DNA from: a virus
Lineage: Duplodnaviria; Caudoviricetes
IMG/VR virus record: IMGVR_UViG_3300017700_000721
Span: 1-64,000 of that record
Length of the DNA: 64,000 nt
Strand: one strand, 5' to 3'
The notes below the pieces were generated by a model. That model was not told the DNA's origin and searched no databases. It was given only the letters and a program-made list of their open reading frames with translations. The position numbers and the translations under genes are program-made. How positions within the stretch are numbered: the stretch's first letter is position 1; every line of letters begins with the position of its first letter. Positions 24,784 to 32,760 of the stretch are shown in pieces.

Positions 24784-24796
24784 GACTTACCTACGA

Positions 24797-27127
24797 TCAG
24801 GAACAGTCCGACTTTCCACAGTTCATACACGTCTTGCAGCCTGAGTTCGAAATCACTGCCGGCGTGTTACAAGAGGAGCAGAGCATTCCAAGGACCTTGT
24901 CCAGGGCCTTTGACTTCTCGGTAGGCTCGGCTTCAGGTGCCTCAATCGTCACGTCGTCAGGGATCAGCCCCAGCCATTTGAAGTGCTCTTCGATCTTGAA
25001 GCCGATCGCGGCCACGAGAGAGTTGATGTAGGATCCCTCGTGCCACATACCACCGAGAGCTGAGCGAACCTGCTTCAATTCCTCGATGATAAAGGTTACG
25101 TCACCTCCACGACGGAAGATGGCGGTGATAAGGAGGGTGATGGCCTTCGTCCACTCCTCGTGCTGTGCCGACTTCGAGATGATAAACATCTCGAAGGGAC
25201 GACGCTGACCGGCTTCGTCCTTGTAGTCGTTGATCACGATGTAAAATGCCTGGTCCGTCGTCGGCCACTTCACCCGATAGCGACGACCTTCGAGGGTATC
25301 CTTCATCGGAACTTTGTCGACAGGAGCCTTGACTGCGGTCTTCTTCGCCAGAACTGTTCCGCGACCGCTTTCCGGGTTCGGGCGATAAGTCGTACAGCCC
25401 TTGAGGCCGAGCTCGTAGGCCCGGCTGTAAACCTTCTGGAAAGACTCGAAGGTCATGTCCTGCGGACAATTGATTGTCTTGGAGATCGACGAGTCAATCC
25501 ACTCCTGGCAGGCTGCCATCACGGCAACATGCTCATCCACTGTGAGTGTGTCAGCCGTGCAGGTGATGTAGTCCGGAAGGGCGTTCCCACCGTCGAGAGG
25601 CAAGCCCTTCACCTCATGGTACTTGAGATAGCCGTAGTCGTACAGCTCGAAGGTCTTGAAGGATCCGTCGGCCTGGAGCACGCGGCGGGTGCCTTCAAGG
25701 CTGAAAACAGGCTCGATCCCCGACGATGTGTTACCGGCTGTGACAGATGTCGTCCCGGTCGGAGCGATGGTCATTAGCACGGCGTTGCGGATGCCGTAGG
25801 CTGCTATCCCTTCCACGATGTCCTCCGGGAGCTTCTTGATGAAGTTTCCCTGGAGGTATTGCTCCTTCCGGAAAGCAGGAAAGGAGCCGCGCTCCTTCGC
25901 AAGGTTAATCGACGCCCTGTAAGCGGCGCAGGTCATTTCCTTCGTGATCTCGCTTGTGATCTCGATTGCCTTGGCCGACCCATATTTCACACCCAGCATC
26001 TGTAGGGCGTTGGCCAATCCCGTGAAGCCAATGCCTGTTCGACGCTTGGCCTGAGCTTCTTCCTTCTGGCTGGGCGTCGGGAAAAGACTCACATCCAATA
26101 CGTTGTCCAAGAAGCGGACAAGGACCCCGGCCGTCCACCTCAAAGCGGCATAGTCGAAAGAGGCTTCTGGCGTGAAAGGGTCGGTCACCATCACAGCGAG
26201 ATTGATGTGGCCCAGGTTGCAGTCACCGTTGGCCGGCAAAGGCTGCTCACCACACGGATTGGTACAGTGAATGTACTCGCAGTAGTGCAGGTTGTTCCAG
26301 TAGTTGATCCGGTCAACGAAGATTATGCCCGGTTCGGCGTGCTCATAGGTGTTCCTGATGATCTCGTCCCAGAGCACACGCGCCTTGATGCGCTCGTAAA
26401 CGTACCTGGTCTGACCATCACGCTCATATGTGTCGACGTGCTTGCGGTCTCGGCGAGGGACAGTGAAGAACAGATCCCAATCAAGATCCTTCTCCAGGCA
26501 TTCCATGAAGACGTCCGTCACCAGGACGGAAACGTTGAAATTGGTCAAACGACCAGGTGTCCGCTTGGCCTTGATGAACTCCCGAATGTCGGGATGATGG
26601 ATGGCCAGAGTTGCCATCATTGCGCCGCGGCGAGAACCCGAAGACATGATCGTCGAGCACATCGAGTGCCACATGTCCATGAAATGGAGCACGCCAGATG
26701 ACTCAGAGAAAGTGCGTAGGACCTCGGCACCGCGCGGCCGGAGGGGTGTGAAATCCATTCCGATGCCACCGCCCATCTGCTGGGTGAGGGCGGCCTGCTT
26801 CAGGGCGTCCATGATGCCAAGGCCGGGCTTGTCTCGCTCGGTGTCCATGCTGTCTTGGATGTCGTCACTGACGAAACAGTTGATCAGCGTGACCCTCTTC
26901 TTCGTGCCAGCACCAGACATAATACGTCCGGCCGGGACCATCCGGCGACTCACAAGGGCTGACAGCACCTCGTCATGGAATGAGTTCTTCGGGTCCTTCT
27001 CGGACACCGCCTTCGCGAGCCTGGCAAAGGTCTCGTCGATCGTCTTCTCGTTGTCGTAGGAGTACTTATCTTTCCAGATCTCGTGCACGATCGGCTGCAC
27101 AGTCTCGGCCGGATTGGTCATTTCCAC
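24797..27127 (-). CDS. nrdJ: Class II (adenosylcobalamin-dependent) ribonucleotide reductase
   Basis: PAGRI, LINCFV, GGGIGMDF, RRGAMM, TNPCGEQPL, TIAPTGT, ISKTIN, C-terminal domain with Cys pairs; no small subunit nearby. Confidence 0.95.
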   Translation of the reverse strand: MEMTNPAETVQPIVHEIWKDKYSYDNEKTIDETFARLAKAVSEKDPKNSFHDEVLSALVSRRMVPAGRIMSGAGTKKRVTLINCFVSDDIQDSMDTERDKPGLGIMDALKQAALTQQMGGGIGMDFTPLRPRGAEVLRTFSESSGVLHFMDMWHSMCSTIMSSGSRRGAMMATLAIHHPDIREFIKAKRTPGRLTNFNVSVLVTDVFMECLEKDLDWDLFFTVPRRDRKHVDTYERDGQTRYVYERIKARVLWDEIIRNTYEHAEPGIIFVDRINYWNNLHYCEYIHCTNPCGEQPLPANGDCNLGHINLAVMVTDPFTPEASFDYAALRWTAGVLVRFLDNVLDVSLFPTPSQKEEAQAKRRTGIGFTGLANALQMLGVKYGSAKAIEITSEITKEMTCAAYRASINLAKERGSFPAFRKEQYLQGNFIKKLPEDIVEGIAAYGIRNAVLMTIAPTGTTSVTAGNTSSGIEPVFSLEGTRRVLQADGSFKTFELYDYGYLKYHEVKGLPLDGGNALPDYITCTADTLTVDEHVAVMAACQEWIDSSISKTINCPQDMTFESFQKVYSRAYELGLKGCTTYRPNPESGRGTVLAKKTAVKAPVDKVPMKDTLEGRRYRVKWPTTDQAFYIVINDYKDEAGQRRPFEMFIISKSAQHEEWTKAITLLITAIFRRGGDVTFIIEELKQVRSALGGMWHEGSYINSLVAAIGFKIEEHFKWLGLIPDDVTIEAPEAEPTEKSKALDKVLGMLCSSCNTPAVISNSGCKTCMNCGKSDCS

Positions 27128-27213
27128 TCGCTGATTGTAAGGTTAGGCTGATGCGAAAGGAAACAATCAAGGATTGCCTCTCCCTTCCGATCATACACCT
27201 AAGCATTCGACCG

Positions 27214-27507
27214 TTAATCGGAGAAGCGATCCTTGGTTGCCCAAGCGTAAATTGCCACGATGGCCAAAGACCAAAAGCGCTCCGGCTGGCATTCCATTTT
27301 CTCTACGTCCCGCTTGGCGACGGTGGCAGCAGAGATCTGCTCCCTCAACCCTTCGTAGATCAGCCAGACCTCGCGAGGACTCTCCGGTATCATCTCCATT
27401 TGCAGTCGGTCCAAGGCTGACTTCAAGGCTATCAGCTGGGTGTCCATCTGCAAAAGGGCGATCTCCTTCGTGTGCCATGAAGGGATCTTGATCTTAGGTT
27501 TAGCCAA
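27214..27507 (-). CDS. Hypothetical protein
   Basis: TTG start after GAGGT SD. Confidence 0.6.
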   Translation of the reverse strand: MAKPKIKIPSWHTKEIALLQMDTQLIALKSALDRLQMEMIPESPREVWLIYEGLREQISAATVAKRDVEKMECQPERFWSLAIVAIYAWATKDRFSD

Positions 27508-28081
27508 TGTGACCTCGCCTGATCTCTGTAAGCTCGGCCATTGACCTTTCCCTGTTCCAGATAAAGGAGAAGGTGAACTCTTGGTAGTGGTAGTTTTGCT
27601 CAGAGTCAATGGGGTTGGACACGCACTTCCCGCGGCGAACAATCTCCCGGCAGAACTCTTGTGTCCATTCCAAGAACCGGGCCGTCTTGTTGGTCCGGAT
27701 GATGAATTCCTTCAGGAAAAGATCCAGCAGGTCTTCGACCGCGGCGTAGGACGGGAAGAACTGATCCTGGTGGGAAAGGGGCCGGTTCTGCACTTGGACA
27801 GCATCGCTGATAAGATCAGGTTCATCGCCCCCTGGCACAGCCGGCAAGTTCACGACGTTGGGGTCGTTGACCTTTCCGCCTTCCTTCCGCCGCTGGATCT
27901 CTAGACGGGCGAGCTTCTCCCAATCCTTTCCAAAGTAATCCAGCTTGTAGAGCTCACCGCTGGCGTTCTTCTTGTTGGGGAGAGACATCCACCTCAAGTA
28001 ACCATCGCTGAGCTCTGACAGGCGGAGGTTGCGATGTTGACCCCAGCCGAGGGCAAGATCAGGAAAAGGTGCCGTGCTCAT
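27500..28081 (-). CDS. DUF3820-like (exonuclease X C-terminal-like) domain protein
   Basis: LGWGQHRNLRLSELSDGYLRW. Confidence 0.65.
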   Translation of the reverse strand: MSTAPFPDLALGWGQHRNLRLSELSDGYLRWMSLPNKKNASGELYKLDYFGKDWEKLARLEIQRRKEGGKVNDPNVVNLPAVPGGDEPDLISDAVQVQNRPLSHQDQFFPSYAAVEDLLDLFLKEFIIRTNKTARFLEWTQEFCREIVRRGKCVSNPIDSEQNYHYQEFTFSFIWNRERSMAELTEIRRGHIG

Positions 28082-28093
28082 GTTCCACCATAC

Positions 28094-28125
28094 AAGAAGG
28101 GGCAAGGATTGCTCCCTGCCCCTTC
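28094..28125 (-). terminator. Terminator-like hairpin
   Basis: GAAGGGGCAGGGA-GCAA-UCCUUGCCCCUUC-UU. Confidence 0.7.
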
Positions 28126-28126
28126 A

Positions 28127-28235
28127 GGGGGCTCCCCGGTCAGAGCGTCCTTCAACTCAGAAGCAACACTTGGGTTCAGCCTCACGGCGCCCGCTGCCAA
28201 CCACGTCCACACTCTCCAGGAGCTGGAGCCCTCCC
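28127..28235 (-). ncRNA. Putative ~110-nt rod-like RNA element
   Basis: Nested GGGCUCC/GGAGCCC, CCUGG/CCGGG, AGAGUG/CGCUCU, GGCAGC/GUUGCU, GCC-GUGA-GGC. Confidence 0.45.
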
Positions 28236-28242
28236 ACCGTTC

Positions 28243-28803
28243 CTACGACTCCCTCATCAGCAAGGCCAAATAAGCAGCCCGGCTGGTGGGTTCATCGTCA
28301 GGAACCTCGTCGTAACGGTTCATGAATCCCAGGTCTTCGAGAAGGCCTCGAGCCATGAAATCCCATGCAATACGGCTGGCGTAGCTGTTCTCGCGAATGG
28401 GATCAAGAGGTGCCGACCATTCACAGATCGGGAAATAGAAGAGCCGGTCGTAGGACTCGAGGTTCTCCTTGACCAAGATCATCATGCTCTTGCATGTGCT
28501 GTCGTCGATCGACGAGCGGGCCCAGAGCATGCAGTAAACGAAGTGGTCTAGGAGGGTTCGGTCGAAAAGACCGTGCTTGTGGTTGCGGTCCTGCTCGATC
28601 TTCCGGTCGAAGCCGGTCTTCTGCAGGCGCCAGGTAAGTTCGTCGCTCATATCTCTTTGAGCGCCCTCGCTACCCACGGACAGCTCTTGCAGAACCTGGC
28701 GCATCACACCGGGGACATAAGCTTCCTTGACACGAGGCTCGAGAAGCTTGAGCGTCGTCGTCTTTCCTGTCGCACCGGTACCGATGCATCCAACTTTCAA
28801 CAT
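28243..28803 (-). CDS. P-loop NTPase / nucleotide kinase (AAA_28-like)
   Basis: IGTGATGKTT, FDRTLLDHFVY, YDRLFYFP. Confidence 0.85.
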   Translation of the reverse strand: MLKVGCIGTGATGKTTTLKLLEPRVKEAYVPGVMRQVLQELSVGSEGAQRDMSDELTWRLQKTGFDRKIEQDRNHKHGLFDRTLLDHFVYCMLWARSSIDDSTCKSMMILVKENLESYDRLFYFPICEWSAPLDPIRENSYASRIAWDFMARGLLEDLGFMNRYDEVPDDEPTSRAAYLALLMRES

Positions 28804-29453
28804 CACGGCTCCACTCGACGATGGCTGAGGTAGGTTCGGGTTTCCATCCGGGCCAGGACATTCCCTGACATCTCGTCCAGAAGATAGCAGAGCTTTGCGA
28901 GCACGCTGCAATCCCAGGGCTTGATCTTCGAGAAGCCGCCTTCAGCCCAGCAGAGGGCGTTCAGCTGCTGCGGGTCGAGCTGGATCTCGTGCTTGTTGAG
29001 TAGCCACAGAGACTTGATGTCCGTGGTCATCAGATCCTCTTCGGGATCCTTCGCGTAATCACATTGCCAGGGATCCTCTGACAGCAGCTTGTAGGTTCGA
29101 TGCGCTTTGTGAAGATCGTGGTAAAGGATCGCCTTGAACACCCGCTCGTCGTTAACAAACGCCGGGTCGGTCTTGTGGTTCAGGATGGTGTGGCTGAGTG
29201 AGCAGTAAATGCCCCACATCTCCAGAAGATGGTGAATGAGGCCGCCTTCGAAAGCGTGGTGGTTGCCTTTGGCAGCGGGGGCGCGCTTGAAGCCTACCAA
29301 AGTCATCTTCAATTCATCATCGACGGTGTCGGCCTCCAAGGAGGCAAGCATCGAAGTATGAGCCTGGCTGTCACGAGCGTCGGGGATCATTGCAACAGCC
29401 AACTGGTTGAGGCGGATCCAATTGTCGTTGATGTCCAGTTGACTGAGCTTCAT
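28803..29453 (-). CDS. HD-domain phosphohydrolase (YhaM-like HD)
   Basis: APAA..NHHAFEGGLIHH, ILYHDLHK. Confidence 0.85.
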   Translation of the reverse strand: MKLSQLDINDNWIRLNQLAVAMIPDARDSQAHTSMLASLEADTVDDELKMTLVGFKRAPAAKGNHHAFEGGLIHHLLEMWGIYCSLSHTILNHKTDPAFVNDERVFKAILYHDLHKAHRTYKLLSEDPWQCDYAKDPEEDLMTTDIKSLWLLNKHEIQLDPQQLNALCWAEGGFSKIKPWDCSVLAKLCYLLDEMSGNVLARMETRTYLSHRRVEP

Positions 29454-30346
29454 AGCCCCACCAAAGAGTTGATATGCTCCATCATTGAGCGAAACTCGAG
29501 CTTGACAAAGAGCTCTGTGAGCTTAGCTTTGTCCCGCTGACCTTTGGTGATATTGAGCTTCGGCGGGCTGTGAAGCGTCATTGCGTGGTAGTTCCGCTCG
29601 ACGATCGCCATGGACTCAGCTGCGTCTCCAAACAGAGAGCCTTCAGGCAGCTTGGCCTTCAGGTCCTCGAGGGTCAGAACCTTGTCGGTTGGAAATGTGT
29701 TCGTGAGGTAGGTCGCCAGCTTCGCTTCGTCCGCTGCCCCCGAAACCACCCCGGCCACATGGTCAGACTTGTCGCCAACCATAGAACGGTACACGAGAAG
29801 ATGCTCGGGCCATACGCCGAAAATCTCGCGGACTGACTCGCGGGTCAGGAACTGATCCTTGGTGGCAGGGCGGTTCGGCTTCTTTGCCTTGCCTTGCCGG
29901 AAGATGTCAATCCGACCGCCAATCAGCTGCAACATGTCGTTGTCCGAACTGATGATCGTCACGTCGGCCCCGTTGGAAGCCTTCGTGCGAGCTAGATGTC
30001 CGATGACGTCGTCGGCTTCGTAACCCTCGGAGTCGAGTTGAGCGTATTTGGTGTAGCTAAGCATTTCCCGCAGATCCGGGATCTGGTCGTACATCGTCTG
30101 CTTTTCTTGGGTCCAGACGCGATCCGATTTGTACTCCGGAAGCTCAGCAGCCTTCAAGATCGGACCCTTCACGTCGAAGACGATAGCGACGAGGTCGGCC
30201 TTCGTCTTTTTCTCGTAGGACCTGATCGAGCGGAGGAAGCCGTAGCGAAGGCCGGTTGGGATGTCAGTCTTCGTCTTCAGATATCCCTGGGTGTTAAACA
30301 CCGAGTAGATCAGAGGTGAAGCGTCCACTACCAAGATCTTCGTCAT
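29450..30346 (-). CDS. 5'-3' exonuclease / flap endonuclease
   Basis: ILVVDAS, IVFD, YK.DR, GYEADDVI, SSDNDMLQL, VGDKSD.V.GV. Confidence 0.92.
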   Translation of the reverse strand: MTKILVVDASPLIYSVFNTQGYLKTKTDIPTGLRYGFLRSIRSYEKKTKADLVAIVFDVKGPILKAAELPEYKSDRVWTQEKQTMYDQIPDLREMLSYTKYAQLDSEGYEADDVIGHLARTKASNGADVTIISSDNDMLQLIGGRIDIFRQGKAKKPNRPATKDQFLTRESVREIFGVWPEHLLVYRSMVGDKSDHVAGVVSGAADEAKLATYLTNTFPTDKVLTLEDLKAKLPEGSLFGDAAESMAIVERNYHAMTLHSPPKLNITKGQRDKAKLTELFVKLEFRSMMEHINSLVGL

Positions 30347-30782
30347 CAGCCTTCTTCTCAACTATTTCGAGGCGATCAAGCTCACGTTCGTATACACGGT
30401 TGAAACCCTGCATCGCACAGAGGAACTTCTCTCCTCCATTCCTTACCTCAAGGACCTCCCCATCCAAACCTGAGGCTACGCCCACCACTGCAAGGATCCT
30501 GGCTCCCTTGTCAATTGGTGAAAGGGTCTTGGTAAACATTCGCATCATGTCCCTATAGGACACTGTTGAGTAATCTTCCTTAGCCTTCAAGAAGGCCACG
30601 CAAAGCTCGGTCTGTTTCCTTAGCAGGCGCTCGTTCTTCTCGCTTACCTCCAAGAAAACGTAGTCGTCCATCGCCGGGTAAAAGGTGATAAACCCCCGGT
30701 CTCGAAGCTTGTTAAAGTCAGGCCCGCGGGTGTGTGCAACCCAATACCGAGCAGCTGATATAGCGTCGGGGGTTAATTCCAT
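30294..30782 (-). CDS. NusG/RfaH-like transcription factor
   Basis: WVAHT, F.P...YVF.E NGN-like part; KG....V.G...GL.GEV.EV KOW-like part. Confidence 0.65.
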   Translation of the reverse strand: MELTPDAISAARYWVAHTRGPDFNKLRDRGFITFYPAMDDYVFLEVSEKNERLLRKQTELCVAFLKAKEDYSTVSYRDMMRMFTKTLSPIDKGARILAVVGVASGLDGEVLEVRNGGEKFLCAMQGFNRVYERELDRLEIVEKKADDEDLGSGRFTSDLLGV

Positions 30783-31972
30783 CAGGTCCCCGGCTTCCGG
30801 AAACCATTCACCGGGACAGCTGGCCCTGCCGGCATTTGCGGCCGGAGCGATGAGACCGGACCGCCTGGACGAATCGTGGCCGGCGTATCCGTCAAAAGCA
30901 CGTTGCCGATTGAGGCAATCCCGAAGTTGATGGTGGCATAGTCCATTGGTAAACCAAGGATCGCTTCCGCTGTCGGGAGCAGGCTGTCCTTGCCACGAGC
31001 CTCCACAACACGAGCCAGCCAGGCCTTGTCGGTTGCCGTCGAGTTGTCGATGTTGATCGTCAGGCGATATGCGTTGATAAGCACCTCACCAATGCTTGCG
31101 GTAAGGTCGGCAGCTGCGAGGGTGCAAAGAAGGGCCTCTAGCTGCTCGAAGGCCGACTTCTTGTCCTTCTCGCACAGCAGCTTGTAGACCTCGACGTAGC
31201 GATCCAGCTTGAGGAACTGACGGACCAGATCTTCGGTAACAACCGGAGCCATCTGCGACAGTTGCTCCAGGAAGACCATCGAGTCACGGGCATGGCCACG
31301 AACGTAGGTTGCGATGATGCTGAGTGCCTTCGGCTCGAAGTTGATCGCCTCCCTGGTTGCCACTTCGGTCAGACGGGCTGCAATGAGCTCCGTCTTCAGA
31401 AGCCTCATCTGGAGCTCGATGCAACGTGACAGGATGGTCGGCAACATCTTGCCGCTCTCCGTCGTACAGAAGCCGAACATCACGTGCTCTTGACCCTCCT
31501 CGAGGATCTGGAGTAGTGCATTCTGAGCTGGCACGGAGAGCATGTGCGACTCATCGTAGACAATGATCTTGATCTTGTCGCCGGTGCGATACTGAACCAT
31601 GTCCTTCATGGCGCGCACGTCGTTCACCGCACCCTGACTGGCGGCGTCCACCTCGACATAGTTCGGATGGTTCTCGTTGTCCATCGCCTGGCAGCTGTCA
31701 CACAGACCGCAAGGCTCATAGGGCTTGCCCCGTAGGTTCTCCGGCAAGCCCATCTGGACGGTCGAAAAGGTCGGGCTGTCGCAAAGAAGGGCCCGAGCCG
31801 TGAGGCGTGCGAGGGTCGTCTTACCTGTGCCGAAAGGGCCGGTGTAAGCCAGAGCGTTGGGACGCCAGGCCTCCTGAACGATCTTGAGCAGAACCTGGAC
31901 TGCCCCTTCCTGACCCATCACCTCCCCAAACTTGCGGGGGCGCATACGATTGGCAAGTGTACCCGTAGCCAT
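30782..31972 (-). CDS. dnaX: Clamp loader subunit gamma/tau
   Basis: LA.R.RP..F.EVMGQ, GPFGTGKTT, PCG.C.SC, EVDAAS, DESHMLS, TILSRC, G.ARD. Confidence 0.95.
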   Translation of the reverse strand: MATGTLANRMRPRKFGEVMGQEGAVQVLLKIVQEAWRPNALAYTGPFGTGKTTLARLTARALLCDSPTFSTVQMGLPENLRGKPYEPCGLCDSCQAMDNENHPNYVEVDAASQGAVNDVRAMKDMVQYRTGDKIKIIVYDESHMLSVPAQNALLQILEEGQEHVMFGFCTTESGKMLPTILSRCIELQMRLLKTELIAARLTEVATREAINFEPKALSIIATYVRGHARDSMVFLEQLSQMAPVVTEDLVRQFLKLDRYVEVYKLLCEKDKKSAFEQLEALLCTLAAADLTASIGEVLINAYRLTINIDNSTATDKAWLARVVEARGKDSLLPTAEAILGLPMDYATINFGIASIGNVLLTDTPATIRPGGPVSSLRPQMPAGPAVPVNGFRKPGT

Positions 31973-32595
31973 TAGATCTCCAATGAGCGAATTTGCCGCT
32001 CCACTATTTCTTTTGCTCGCCGCTCGCCACGATCCTCAATCAGCTTAGAAGGATCTTTCGAGGGGATCATCAGCCTGTTGATTTCCAACGAGTCTCTCAG
32101 CCTCTGGTCCGCAGCGTCAGTAGCTTTCTCGCCGGGACCGTCGTGATCAAAGGCGGTCCAGACTTGGCGAGCGTATCTCTTCAAGAAGACTAGTAGGTGC
32201 TTAGCTATACCTTTAGAGAGACGGGCGTAGACCGCATAGTCCGGCACGCATCTCTTGATTGCTGCACGGTCGAACAGCCCCTCGGTCAGGATCACCCGAC
32301 CGTTCAAGTAGAGTAGTTCGTGGTCCTGCTCTGATCCGTAAAGGATCGGCAGGTGGCTCGCGTTCGTTCCAACAGCCCATCGGTATTCATGGACGTCAGC
32401 TCTGCGTGTCTGAACACCGGCAATCTGCCCTCCCATGCTTCGGCAGGGCCAGGCTATCACAGGGTTGTCGGTTCGTATTGTCACACCCTCGACGTTGTGT
32501 ACCCCCTCACCTAAAGACCTGATATCCTCCTGCTCGATCAAAGCAGGGGTATAAGATCTGGTGAGTAGGTACGCTCGATGGGCGTCTGAAAGCAT
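31972..32595 (-). CDS. DNA primase catalytic (Toprim) part lacking zinc finger
   Basis: YL..R, ILTEGLFD, AFDHDGPG..A, KDP. Confidence 0.85.
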   Translation of the reverse strand: MLSDAHRAYLLTRSYTPALIEQEDIRSLGEGVHNVEGVTIRTDNPVIAWPCRSMGGQIAGVQTRRADVHEYRWAVGTNASHLPILYGSEQDHELLYLNGRVILTEGLFDRAAIKRCVPDYAVYARLSKGIAKHLLVFLKRYARQVWTAFDHDGPGEKATDAADQRLRDSLEINRLMIPSKDPSKLIEDRGERRAKEIVERQIRSLEI

Positions 32596-32601
32596 GGGAC
32601 C

Positions 32602-32757
32602 TTAGATACGGCCCAGCAGGAGCAGGATCAGCACGATGACCAGCACGATGCCAATGCCGCCGCTCGGATAAAACCCCCAATTGATAGAGTGCGGCCACTG
32701 AGGCCACGCGCCAACCAGCAATAGTATCAGGATGACTAGAAGGATTGTTCCAAGCAT
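32602..32757 (-). CDS. DUF3309-family small membrane protein
   Basis: MLGTILLVILILLLVGAWPQWPHSINWGFYPSGGIGIVLVIVLILLLLGRI. Confidence 0.85.
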   Translation of the reverse strand: MLGTILLVILILLLVGAWPQWPHSINWGFYPSGGIGIVLVIVLILLLLGRI

Positions 32758-32760
32758 GGC

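Noticed and set aside
28127-28235. SRP (4.5S) or 6S RNA
   Set aside because: Lacks CAGG...GNAA...AGCAG core of SRP; too short and no central bubble for 6S
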